NCBI GenBank assembly: GCA_964356445.1
Contig: CAYHHO010000001.1
Span: 1,725 to 65,724 of the forward strand
Length of the DNA: 64,000 nucleotides
Direction of reading: 5' to 3'
Origin: an uncultured Singulisphaera sp.
Lineage (GTDB): Bacteria; Planctomycetota; Phycisphaerae; Phycisphaerales; SM1A02
This document shows, in pieces, positions 9,629 to 18,104 of the stretch (the stretch's first letter is position 1; each line of letters starts with the position of its first letter). Made by a program: the position numbers and the translations under genes. The notes beneath the pieces were generated by a model. It ran no database searches, was not told the DNA's origin, and saw nothing but the letters and a program-made list of their open reading frames with translations.

Positions 9629-10537
9629 TCAACCTCTGCGCACAGTGATGATCGCAACCTCTGCTGGGCAATTCACGCGAAGCGGAAACCAGCCGCCGAC
9701 GCCAGTTGTGACGAAGAGGTGCGAGTCGCCTTCGTGGTAGTGCCCTGCTCGAAGCGCGCGTGAGGCCGCAGCCCGAGGTGACTTTCGCAAGTTCGGCAGC
9801 AACGCGAACTGCCCGCCATGGGTGTGCCCTGCAAGCGTGAGCGGAATCTTGCACCGCGCAGCCTCTCGAAATGCCTTGGGATTGTGTGCCAGAAGCAAGT
9901 GCGGCGCGATTCCATCCTTCACGACCGACCGAACTTCCTGCGCATTTCCCGCGAGAGTCCTGGACCAATCGATCCCGCCGATGCGCAGTCCGCCGCGCAC
10001 AACATGCATTTCGCTGCGCAGCGTCGTGAGCCCCGCCTGCCGCGCAAGTCGAAGCACACGCTTTGCGTCATCGAGCAAGTCGTGATTGCCAAGGACGAAG
10101 TAGCGCCCCATCGAAGCGCGAAGCGCGCCCAGTGCCTTGAAGACGGGTTCGCAGCCTTCGACATCGAGGTCGACCAAGTCGCCCGTGCACGCGATGAGGT
10201 CTGGCTTCGTCGCTGCGAGCAGCGCGACTGCATCGAGCGCCTTCGAGACCGGCATCAGGTCGCCAACATGCAGGTCGCTGATGTGACCGACGCGCATCCC
10301 GTCGAACTTCTTTGGCCAATTCGGGACTCGAACTTCGATCTTGCGCACGTCGATCGACGCGGCGAGGTGCCTTCGCGAGAGCGCGCCGCCAACGATTTGG
10401 TCAGGCAAGCGCGTCAGGACCGCATGGCGCAACTTCGCGCGCGCGAGGCGTCCGGCGCGGCTGGCATTCGCCGCTTGCCTACCGTGCGCAACGAGTTCGC
10501 GAATGGTGACTCGCTTCTTTGTTTCAGAATTCAACAT
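9629..10537 (-). CDS. calcineurin-like metallophosphoesterase
   Basis: Motifs in order: 'VGHISDLHVGD', 'CTGDLVD', 'VLGNHD', 'GHTHGGQ'. ORF extends to 10621, but the ATG at 10537 (MLNSETKK...) only slightly overlaps the upstream OMP gene. Confidence 0.8.
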   Translation of the reverse strand: MLNSETKKRVTIRELVAHGRQAANASRAGRLARAKLRHAVLTRLPDQIVGGALSRRHLAASIDVRKIEVRVPNWPKKFDGMRVGHISDLHVGDLMPVSKALDAVALLAATKPDLIACTGDLVDLDVEGCEPVFKALGALRASMGRYFVLGNHDLLDDAKRVLRLARQAGLTTLRSEMHVVRGGLRIGGIDWSRTLAGNAQEVRSVVKDGIAPHLLLAHNPKAFREAARCKIPLTLAGHTHGGQFALLPNLRKSPRAAASRALRAGHYHEGDSHLFVTTGVGGWFPLRVNCPAEVAIITVRRG

Positions 10538-11498
10538 GCACCCCCAAGAACAACCCCTGAACGCCGCCATCAAATGTTGTCGCGCCGTCGTCGAGTTTAA
10601 AGTTCTCGAGTCGATAGCCAAACTCGACGCCGACTGCCGGGCTGAGCATGCCGATCATGCTCGCGCGGATGGCCGTGAAGTACTGCCCGTCGGTGAAGTT
10701 TGTGCCAGTCAATCCGGACGCTTCGAGTCGAAAGGACTCGACGATCGGAATGTGTCCCTTCATATTGAAATCGATTTCGACCCCGCCACCGACGCCAGGC
10801 ATGACTGCGTCCATTGACCATGATGCAGTCGACCCCGCTGTCTGATCGCTCACCGAGAGTGACGCGCTGTACCAGCGTAGTGCGCAGATGCCTTTGAAGC
10901 GAAGGTCGGCCTTGTACCACCCATCTTCTGCGGTGTTTCGATCGTTGGGAATGATTGGGCTCCACGGACTCTTCTGGTCGGCAAATGGCTGGAAGAGCGT
11001 CACGTCGAACTCGGCGCCTGCGCTCGCCGCCGAGAAACTGTTGGAGAGTTGATCGCCGACTGCGATGTTGACTGGTCCGAACGCGCCGCCGACTTGCGCG
11101 GTCGTGGTGGAGTCTGTCGAGAAGTACCAGCCGGTCACCATGACCTCATAGAAGACGCCCCAGGATGCTGTGAGTTCGCCGTTGAGCGTTGCCTCGTATC
11201 CGTTGAGTCCAAAGTCGTCGTCGACGGTAAAGGTTGGACCAAGCCACGAGGCATTGCCGCGCACGCGCGCCATCCACAGGGCTGGGTCGATTGTGACGAC
11301 GAGGTCGCCGGCGCTGCGAGCGGCGTTGATTGTGGGGATTGGCGCTGCGGAAGGCGAGGACTGCGCGGTCTGCTGCTGGAGCAAATCGGCGACTGACACG
11401 CGCTCTGAATCTGCGCGAGATTCGGCGCAGGTCAGCAGCGCGGCGATGAGTGCGACGACGCGCCCCGACACGATCCATGATTTCCGTGTGAAATGCAC
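10524..11498 (-). CDS. outer-membrane beta-barrel protein (unknown family)
   Basis: Signal peptide 'MHFTRKSWIVSGRVVALIAALLTCAESRA'. Alternating hydrophobic beta-strand pattern throughout, and a terminal '...GLFLGVHVEF*' with C-terminal Phe typical of BAM-dependent OMPs. Confidence 0.6.
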   Translation of the reverse strand: MHFTRKSWIVSGRVVALIAALLTCAESRADSERVSVADLLQQQTAQSSPSAAPIPTINAARSAGDLVVTIDPALWMARVRGNASWLGPTFTVDDDFGLNGYEATLNGELTASWGVFYEVMVTGWYFSTDSTTTAQVGGAFGPVNIAVGDQLSNSFSAASAGAEFDVTLFQPFADQKSPWSPIIPNDRNTAEDGWYKADLRFKGICALRWYSASLSVSDQTAGSTASWSMDAVMPGVGGGVEIDFNMKGHIPIVESFRLEASGLTGTNFTDGQYFTAIRASMIGMLSPAVGVEFGYRLENFKLDDGATTFDGGVQGLFLGVHVEF

Positions 11499-11984
11499 AC
11501 TGTGAGCCTACCGCTGAGAGACAGACCAGCGCACGCGATTGCCCTTGGCCCTTTGGCGTGGGTGCTGCCGAGTTCGCTGCATTTTTCGTATGCGCGGTCG
11601 GGTGGACCTGGCGGGCAGAACGTGAACAAGGTCGAATCGAAGGCGCAGTTGCGTGTGGCGATTGTTGCGATCGGCGGCCTCGATCATGCGGGGCGCGTGA
11701 GGCTGGCGCGAATGGCAGAATCCCACTTGCACGGCGCGGATGCGAGCGATCCGATGTCGGTCGAATCGCCGCACGCAGAGATTCGATTCGCAGCTGAAGA
11801 GCATCGATCGCAAAGGGCGAATCACGACGAGTGCATCGAGCGGCTGCACGATCTCGTGCTGCGCGCGGCGGTCGTGCCGCGACGGCGGCGCAAGACGAAG
11901 CCGACGAGGGCATCGAAGGAACGCAGGCTCGAGGCGAAGCGCGTCAATTCGCAGAAGAAGCAAAGGCGGGGTGGAGGGGAGTAG
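11493..11984 (+). CDS. arfB: alternative ribosome-rescue factor ArfB (peptidyl-tRNA hydrolase, GGQ domain)
   Basis: 'SGGPGGQNVNKVESKAQLR' GGQ motif in a protein of about 160 aa with a highly basic C-terminal tail ('RRRRKTKPTRASKERRLEAKRVNSQKKQRR'). The true start may be GTG 11502, which avoids overlapping the divergent OMP start. Confidence 0.85.
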   Translation: MHTVSLPLRDRPAHAIALGPLAWVLPSSLHFSYARSGGPGGQNVNKVESKAQLRVAIVAIGGLDHAGRVRLARMAESHLHGADASDPMSVESPHAEIRFAAEEHRSQRANHDECIERLHDLVLRAAVVPRRRRKTKPTRASKERRLEAKRVNSQKKQRRGGGE

Positions 11985-11993
11985 GCTGGGAGC

Positions 11994-12947
11994 GTGGCGA
12001 CAGCGCACCCAAGTCCGGCGGATGCAGTGAGGCTGCTCGATGCGCTCCAGCGGCTACTGCGCGACAGTTCGTACACGACCACTTACAAGTTTGCGTTGCT
12101 CCACACGTTTTGCGACCTGTCGCTGGAGATGGGACCGGGAGAATCCACATTGCCACTCGCGAACGTCGCTGAGCGCGTGATTGAGCTCTATTGGGAGCAG
12201 GTGCGGCCATTCTCGGGACTGGTGATCCCGGGGATGGTCCAGTTGAGCCAAACCACTGGAGAGACCGCGAGAATCATCGCGCGTGTTGAGGAGATGAGCA
12301 AAGCCAACGCCGGCGCGCTTTCGGACGCACGAAAGCACGGTCGGTTGCGAACATATTCATTGGACATCGTGGGAGACCTCAAGCGGTATCCATTGGATCT
12401 CCTTCAGCGGCCGGATGATCAGTTCCTCTATCACTGGCCAGCCGAAAATTCCGAACTCCGCTTTCTTCCAGGAGTGATCCCGACCCTTCAGCAGTTTCAC
12501 GGTCTCCTCACCGACATGATCCAAGTGCGTTGGACTGCATGGGTGGAGCGCAACAACAAACTCGAGGGCAGCGATGCGCTGCGTGCTCACCTCTTTGGCG
12601 AGGAACGCGAGTCCCTTCGGGCAGTCGTTCCAGCGATGCTCGAGATTCAGGGAAATCGGTGCTTCTACACAGGTGACGCCCTCGCCGAAGGCGAGACCGA
12701 AGTTGACCACTTCCTCCCATGGAGTCTCACGCACAACAACTCTGTTGGGAATCTCGTCCTCGCAACCGAGTCCTACAACAACAAAAAGTCAAACAAACTC
12801 CCATCGAGCGATGAGAAAAAGACGTGGGAACTGCGAAACGAGAAGTTTGCGGAACAACTCGAAACCCTCGCCGCTGAGACCGGCCTCGGATGGAACCCAG
12901 TGGCGCTCAAACATCTCGCCGCCTGGGCGTTCAGCCAAGCCAGCTGA
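11994..12947 (+). CDS. HNH (His-Me finger) endonuclease with unrecognised N-terminal ~220-aa domain
   Basis: C-terminal 'CFYTGDALAEGETEVDHFLPWSLTHNNSVGNLVLATESYNNKKSNKLP' matches the HNH pattern (C..G...DH..P....N...NL.....N..K). The N-terminus 'LLDALQRLLRDSSYTTTYKFALLHTFCDLSLE' looks helical/wHTH-like. GTG start 9 nt after the arfB stop. The 3' third is visibly AT-richer than its neighbours. Confidence 0.75.
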   Translation: MATAHPSPADAVRLLDALQRLLRDSSYTTTYKFALLHTFCDLSLEMGPGESTLPLANVAERVIELYWEQVRPFSGLVIPGMVQLSQTTGETARIIARVEEMSKANAGALSDARKHGRLRTYSLDIVGDLKRYPLDLLQRPDDQFLYHWPAENSELRFLPGVIPTLQQFHGLLTDMIQVRWTAWVERNNKLEGSDALRAHLFGEERESLRAVVPAMLEIQGNRCFYTGDALAEGETEVDHFLPWSLTHNNSVGNLVLATESYNNKKSNKLPSSDEKKTWELRNEKFAEQLETLAAETGLGWNPVALKHLAAWAFSQAS

Positions 12948-14033
12948 TCACCCCAGCCGCACTTCGCCCTTGCCCTTTTCGATTGTGCCGATGATGCATG
13001 CTGTCTCGCCGAGCTTGTTGAGCCGCTTGACCAGCTTGCTCGCGTGGTCTGGTCTGCAGATGACGGTGTAGCCGATCCCCATGTTGAAGACCTTGAACAT
13101 CTCGTCGGTCTCGACGCGCCCTTGCGCTTGCAGGAACGGGAATATCGCTGGCGGCTGCCATGCTGCTCGGTCGATGACCGCATCAAGATTGCTCGGCAGC
13201 GCGCGGCAGACATTCCCCGGCAACCCGCCGCCAGTAATGTGCGCCATCCCCGTGACTGCCTTGCGGTGCTTGGCACTGCCGCAGATGTCGACGATTGACT
13301 TCACATAGATGCGCGTGGGCTCCATCAGGATTTCGCCAAGTGTGCGCTCGCCGAGTTCTGCGTACTTGCCGTCGAACTTCAGCCCTGCGTCGCGGATGAT
13401 CCGCCGCACAAGCGTGTATCCATTTGAGTGCACGCCAGAACTCGCAAGCCCGATGATCACGTCGCGCTTCTTCACGCGCGTCGCATCGAGAATGCGATCC
13501 TCTTCGACCACGCCGACGCAGAACCCTGCGATGTCGAAGTCGCCAGGCTTATAGATGTCGGGCATCTCTGCACATTCGCCGCCGAGCAGCGCGCAGCCTG
13601 CGATCTCGCATCCCTTGGCAACACCAGCGATCATCTCGGCCGTCTCCGTTGGATTCAGCCGCGAAAGCCCGAGATAGTCAAGAAAGAAGAGCGGCTCCGC
13701 ACCCTGCACGATGAGGTCGTTCACATTCATCGCCACACAATCGATGCCGACCGATCCATACATCCCGCGCTCCGCTGCCATCAAGACTTTCGTGCCTACA
13801 CCGTCGGTGCACGACACGAGAACCGGCTTGCGATAACCGCGTCGCTTACCGCGCTGCAGCAGCCGAAACATCCCAGCAAATGCGCCGTGACGCCCCAGCA
13901 CGCGCGCGTCGTGCGTGCGCTTGAGCACAGGCTTGATGAGATCGACCACCTCATCACCGGCATCGATGTTCACACCGGCTTCCTTGTAGGTCAGACCCGT
14001 CGAAACCTTCCTCGTCGTTGGTGAAGCGCTCAT
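12948..14033 (-). CDS. purM: phosphoribosylformylglycinamidine cyclo-ligase (AIR synthetase)
   Basis: '[18 protein letters not shown]', '[10 protein letters not shown]' and '[16 protein letters not shown]' are PurM motifs. Start set at ATG 14033 (MSASPTT...); the ORF's upstream extension has no homology-like character. Confidence 0.9.
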   Translation of the reverse strand: MSASPTTRKVSTGLTYKEAGVNIDAGDEVVDLIKPVLKRTHDARVLGRHGAFAGMFRLLQRGKRRGYRKPVLVSCTDGVGTKVLMAAERGMYGSVGIDCVAMNVNDLIVQGAEPLFFLDYLGLSRLNPTETAEMIAGVAKGCEIAGCALLGGECAEMPDIYKPGDFDIAGFCVGVVEEDRILDATRVKKRDVIIGLASSGVHSNGYTLVRRIIRDAGLKFDGKYAELGERTLGEILMEPTRIYVKSIVDICGSAKHRKAVTGMAHITGGGLPGNVCRALPSNLDAVIDRAAWQPPAIFPFLQAQGRVETDEMFKVFNMGIGYTVICRPDHASKLVKRLNKLGETACIIGTIEKGKGEVRLG

Positions 14034-14085
14034 ACCCCCATTACACACGATTCGGTCCGATTCGGGCGTATGCTTCCCATCCCCC

Positions 14086-15018
14086 ATGTCAATTCTCATC
14101 GACAGTAGCACACGAGTTCTCTGCCAGGGCATCACCGGCACCGCAGGTGCATTTCACACAAAAGGATGCCTCGAATACGGCACTCAAATGGTCGGCGGGA
14201 CCACTCCGGGAAAGGGAGGTCAGCGCGATGCGAATGGTCTGCCGATCTTCGAGACCGTTCACGATGCAGTCAAGGCGACTGGCGCGACAGCGACGATGAT
14301 CTTTGTGCCGCCCCCCTTCGCTGGTGACGCGATCATCGAAGCTGCTGACGCGGGCATCGCAACAATTTGCGCGATCACCGAAGGCATCCCCGTGCAGGAC
14401 ATGATCCGAGTGCGGGCATCGCTTGAGCGATACCCAAAGTCGACGCTCATCGGTCCCAACTGCCCAGGAGTCATCACTCCGGGTCGCAAGGTCGGCGAGA
14501 ACAAGTACGAAGGTGGATGCAAGATCGGCATCATGCCCGGATACATCCACATGCACCGCGTCGATGCGCCATCGAGGAAAGCAGTCGGCATCATCAGTCG
14601 ATCGGGAACGCTGACCTACGAGGCAGTCTGGCAGTGCTCAGCTCGCGGCATTGGTCAATCAACATGCGTCGGCATCGGCGGCGACCCGATCAAGGGGCTC
14701 GACTTCATCGACTTGCTCGAACTGTTCACCGCTGATCCAGAAACGAGTGCGATCGTCATGATCGGCGAAATCGGCGGAAGTGCGGAAGTCGAAGGCGGCC
14801 AGTGGCTGCAGAAGAACTCGAAGAAACCAGTTGTCGCGTTCATCGCGGGACGGACTGCGCCGCCAGGACGGCGCATGGGACATGCTGGCGCAATCGTCGG
14901 CGGTGCAGAAGACACGGCCCAGGCCAAGATCGATGCACTTCGAGAGTGCGGAGTCTCGGTGGCGGAGAGTCCCGCTGATTTGGGCGCGTTCGCCGCACGG
15001 GCGCTGGGATTGAATTGA
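14086..15018 (+). CDS. sucD: succinyl-CoA synthetase alpha subunit
   Basis: '[35 protein letters not shown]', '[12 protein letters not shown]', '[11 protein letters not shown]' and the phosphohistidine loop 'MGHAGAIV'. No sucC is adjacent. Confidence 0.88.
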   Translation: MSILIDSSTRVLCQGITGTAGAFHTKGCLEYGTQMVGGTTPGKGGQRDANGLPIFETVHDAVKATGATATMIFVPPPFAGDAIIEAADAGIATICAITEGIPVQDMIRVRASLERYPKSTLIGPNCPGVITPGRKVGENKYEGGCKIGIMPGYIHMHRVDAPSRKAVGIISRSGTLTYEAVWQCSARGIGQSTCVGIGGDPIKGLDFIDLLELFTADPETSAIVMIGEIGGSAEVEGGQWLQKNSKKPVVAFIAGRTAPPGRRMGHAGAIVGGAEDTAQAKIDALRECGVSVAESPADLGAFAARALGLN

Positions 15019-15020
15019 GC

Positions 15021-16076
15021 ATGTTGCGCGCTCGACCGACCGTGGCGCGCGTGCGGTGGACGATCACACGACTTCTTGTGCTCGCGATTTTCGCGGGGGC
15101 ACTCGCGCTTGGGATTGGCACGCCAGCGGATGCATCGCGCGCGCAATCCACCGACGGCGCGGCGGCGGCGACAAAAGAATCCGGCCACCTCTACGACCGC
15201 CTCGTCATCATCGGCGCCAGCGCATCGGATGGATTTGGCGTCGCGGTTTTCGAAGAAGTCGCAGCGAACGCGCAGCCAGCGGAGTCGACACCAGCGGCGA
15301 CCAAGAAGGGTCGAAGGGTATCGCTGAATCTCTCTGACGTGCTTCGATTGGCGATGACGACGAACGAGAGCACCGCATCTGACTCGCCGAAACGAATCGT
15401 GCACCACTACGCCAGCGGATTTTTCTTTTCGAATCCGGGCGTGGTCGGACGCGGAGAGGTCGATCGAGCACTCAATGCCAAACCGACGCTCGTCTTGGGG
15501 TTGGACTTTCTCTTCTGGTACGTCTACGGCACGGTCAGCGCTGAAGGAAAGAAGATGCAGACCAGCGAAGAGCGACTTGCGAATCTCGACGCGGGGTTGG
15601 CACAACTGGATCGAGTGGTCGCCGCTGGAGTGCCGCTGGTCATTAGTGATGTACCCGACATGCACGCAGCGATCGGCAAGATGCTTGCCAAGAACCAAGT
15701 TCCTGCTGTCGAGACGATCGCCAGCGCGAACACGCGAATTGCAGAGTGGATCGCAACCCGGCCAACCGCGAGGCTGATTCGACTCTCGCAGATCCTTGGC
15801 TTGCTCAAGGCAGGTGGCACAGTCGACTTGGCGGGGCGCACTTGGACCACCGACGAATTCGGAGACTTCCTGCAGCGTGATCAATTGCATCCGACGTTTG
15901 TCGGGACGGTGATCATCGCTGCTGCGCTCATCGATCTCGCGCGCGGGAACGAACCGACCTTGGATCCTCCATATGAGTTCACGCCGGCAACGATCCGCGC
16001 ACGGGCGATAGCGCAGGACGCGAAGAAGCCCCAGAAGCCCGCGCCCGTCACTGGAGATTCGAAAGCAAGTCAGTGA
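15021..16076 (+). CDS. exported SGNH/GDSL-like hydrolase (putative)
   Basis: Signal/TM 'RLLVLAIFAGALALGIGTPADA', block-I-like 'LVIIGASASDGFG' and block-V-like 'RDQLHPT'. ATG 3 nt after the sucD stop. The family call is weak. Confidence 0.5.
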   Translation: MLRARPTVARVRWTITRLLVLAIFAGALALGIGTPADASRAQSTDGAAAATKESGHLYDRLVIIGASASDGFGVAVFEEVAANAQPAESTPAATKKGRRVSLNLSDVLRLAMTTNESTASDSPKRIVHHYASGFFFSNPGVVGRGEVDRALNAKPTLVLGLDFLFWYVYGTVSAEGKKMQTSEERLANLDAGLAQLDRVVAAGVPLVISDVPDMHAAIGKMLAKNQVPAVETIASANTRIAEWIATRPTARLIRLSQILGLLKAGGTVDLAGRTWTTDEFGDFLQRDQLHPTFVGTVIIAAALIDLARGNEPTLDPPYEFTPATIRARAIAQDAKKPQKPAPVTGDSKASQ

Positions 16077-18063
16077 TCGACTGACGGGCTTGCGCGTCGG
16101 TCGTGCGAAGCAGCCAGCCTCCGACCACTTCGCGCGCCGCCTCGACTCCTGCAACCCGTTTGATTTCAGGTGCCAGCCGAGACAAGTCGACTGCCGGGCG
16201 AGTCGGTCGCACTTGCGCGCCGAACCATTCAAGAACCGCGCGGTCCTTGATCGATCCCAATTGCTGAGTCCACAAGTGCCAGAGCATGTCAGCGTCCGTC
16301 GGTAGCGGTGCGGCAATAAGTTTGTACGCGGCGAGGAACGCATCGCTCTGGCGCTGGCGAAAGAGCGAACCCAGCGCGAGCGGCGCACATGCGGTGGCAG
16401 TCGCCTGCCCTTTCGTCGATGCCAAAGACCAAAGTTGGTTCGCCATCAAGTCGTCGCCCGTCGCAACGACATCTCGTAGCGCCCGCGCGAACTGGGCTGG
16501 ATCATCCGATGACTTCGAAGCAACGAGCGCAGTTCGTGCATCCTCCTTCACATCGCTCTCGCCCTTCGCCGCGTCGAGCGCATCGGGCGGCGTGCGCGGC
16601 GGCAGTGGCATCGACGGAGGCGGTATCACCATGAGTGGATCGCCGATCGTGGTCACCCGCCACGACGCGTCGATCGGTCCCTCGCACCAACGGCTCGCGA
16701 CGAGAAACGGAATCATGTTCGCCATGCGTGTCGCCCCGAGACTCGGCGGGACGAACGCGACCAAGTAAGGCTCGAAGACGCTGCCCACATACGCGTAGAC
16801 GCCGTGCTCCAGCCATCGCCCCCCCACCATGTCGCGGCTCTCCGGACTCGTCAGACTCCACGAGTGAATGAGGTGCATCGCCATCGGCCGCTGCAGCATC
16901 GCGACATCTTCCGGGAAGCACTTGGCTGCGTTCAACATCTCGAAGTAGTCCATGTTGCCGATCGAGTTCATGTAGAGCACATCTGGCTTGAAGCCACCCA
17001 TCAACATGTTGAGCCACGACACAGTGGACGCCTGCGATCCCGAGTACTCGGTCGCTTCGTACCCAGCGCCGTTGAGCATCGAAACTGCCTCCTTCACGCC
17101 GTAGCGACCCCATTCGCCGTCAGATGGATATGTATTGATCATCCACACGGACTTCTGCGAGAGGAAGAGGCTGCACATGGCGGTGTAGGCGCTTCGAACT
17201 TCGCTTCCGAAAATCCACGCGGCGACTGCCCAGCGGGATCCATCCGCGTTTCGGCAGAGAGCGTCGGTGACTGCGACGGGCTCGCCAACCTTGGGACTCG
17301 CTCCTTGCGGCGGAGCCCACTGCGCACCGACAGGTACCTCGGCCTTTGCTGGAAGCGATCGGCAGATCGTGACGGCGTCGATGACATCTCCGAGCGCTGC
17401 GTACGCGAGGGTCGTCGTACGCGCAGCATCTTCGACTCGCGCAGAGAGTTCGAGGAACTGCTGCGGCGTGAACTGCGCACTTGGGGCGTCGAAATTTCCG
17501 TCGAGCCATCCAAGCACCTGACCATGCCCTGCCGCAAGCGCGACGGCCGCCGTCCACGCGGGATCGCTCATGCTTGTCATGACCATTCCGATCGGCTCGA
17601 AACGCACCGACGCGAATGCCTGCGCGGGAGATTCGGGAGTGGCAGTGCTGCCTGGCACCGTCCACGCTTTTGTGACGGTTTGATAGGCGAGCGCGCGGCG
17701 TTCGGTTTCACCTGCGGGCATCGCACCGACCGAGGTGCGGCGAATCACTTTGCTTGGCTTGAACGCACGCACGAACATGGGCGCGTAGAAGTCGTCTTCG
17801 ATGAGCACCGGCCAGCGCGCTCGCAGCGTCCACCGCGAAATCTCGTCGAGGTATGTCGCTGCATCCGGGACGAGCACAACCTTGTCCATCATCATGATGC
17901 GCATCCGCACCTGAAACGATCGGATCCCCAGTTGTTCCATCCACGAAATCTGCATGGGCTGAGCGCTCTGCTGCGGCGGCGCGGTCACGGTCGGCGTGGC
18001 GGTCTGGGCGAATGCGGGCGTGGCGATTGCAAGCAAGAGCCACGCGATCCAATGTGTGAACAT
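16048..18063 (-). CDS. secreted hypothetical protein (671 aa)
   Basis: ATG 18063 gives signal peptide 'MFTHWIAWLLLAIATPAFAQ'. The composition is protein-like and the C-terminal third is helical. I recognise no family with confidence; the 'HGVYAYVGSVFEPYL' segment is reminiscent of TIGR03790-type PVC proteins, from memory only. Confidence 0.55.
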   Translation of the reverse strand: MFTHWIAWLLLAIATPAFAQTATPTVTAPPQQSAQPMQISWMEQLGIRSFQVRMRIMMMDKVVLVPDAATYLDEISRWTLRARWPVLIEDDFYAPMFVRAFKPSKVIRRTSVGAMPAGETERRALAYQTVTKAWTVPGSTATPESPAQAFASVRFEPIGMVMTSMSDPAWTAAVALAAGHGQVLGWLDGNFDAPSAQFTPQQFLELSARVEDAARTTTLAYAALGDVIDAVTICRSLPAKAEVPVGAQWAPPQGASPKVGEPVAVTDALCRNADGSRWAVAAWIFGSEVRSAYTAMCSLFLSQKSVWMINTYPSDGEWGRYGVKEAVSMLNGAGYEATEYSGSQASTVSWLNMLMGGFKPDVLYMNSIGNMDYFEMLNAAKCFPEDVAMLQRPMAMHLIHSWSLTSPESRDMVGGRWLEHGVYAYVGSVFEPYLVAFVPPSLGATRMANMIPFLVASRWCEGPIDASWRVTTIGDPLMVIPPPSMPLPPRTPPDALDAAKGESDVKEDARTALVASKSSDDPAQFARALRDVVATGDDLMANQLWSLASTKGQATATACAPLALGSLFRQRQSDAFLAAYKLIAAPLPTDADMLWHLWTQQLGSIKDRAVLEWFGAQVRPTRPAVDLSRLAPEIKRVAGVEAAREVVGGWLLRTTDAQARQSITDLLSNLQ

Positions 18064-18104
18064 GGAGAAAATGTACTCCCGTCGATCGAGGCCACTCAGC
18101 CCAG

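Noticed and set aside
11146-11913. 255-aa minus-strand ORF
   Set aside because: It is antisense to arfB (clear GGQ motif) and to part of the OMP gene's upstream region. It is Arg/Ala/Ser/Pro-rich, so it is a shadow ORF.
14655-16388. 577-aa minus-strand ORF covering sucD and the SGNH-like gene
   Set aside because: It is antisense to a gene with unmistakable SucD motifs. The translation is Arg/Ser/Cys/Pro-rich with no motifs, which is the typical long shadow ORF of high-GC DNA.
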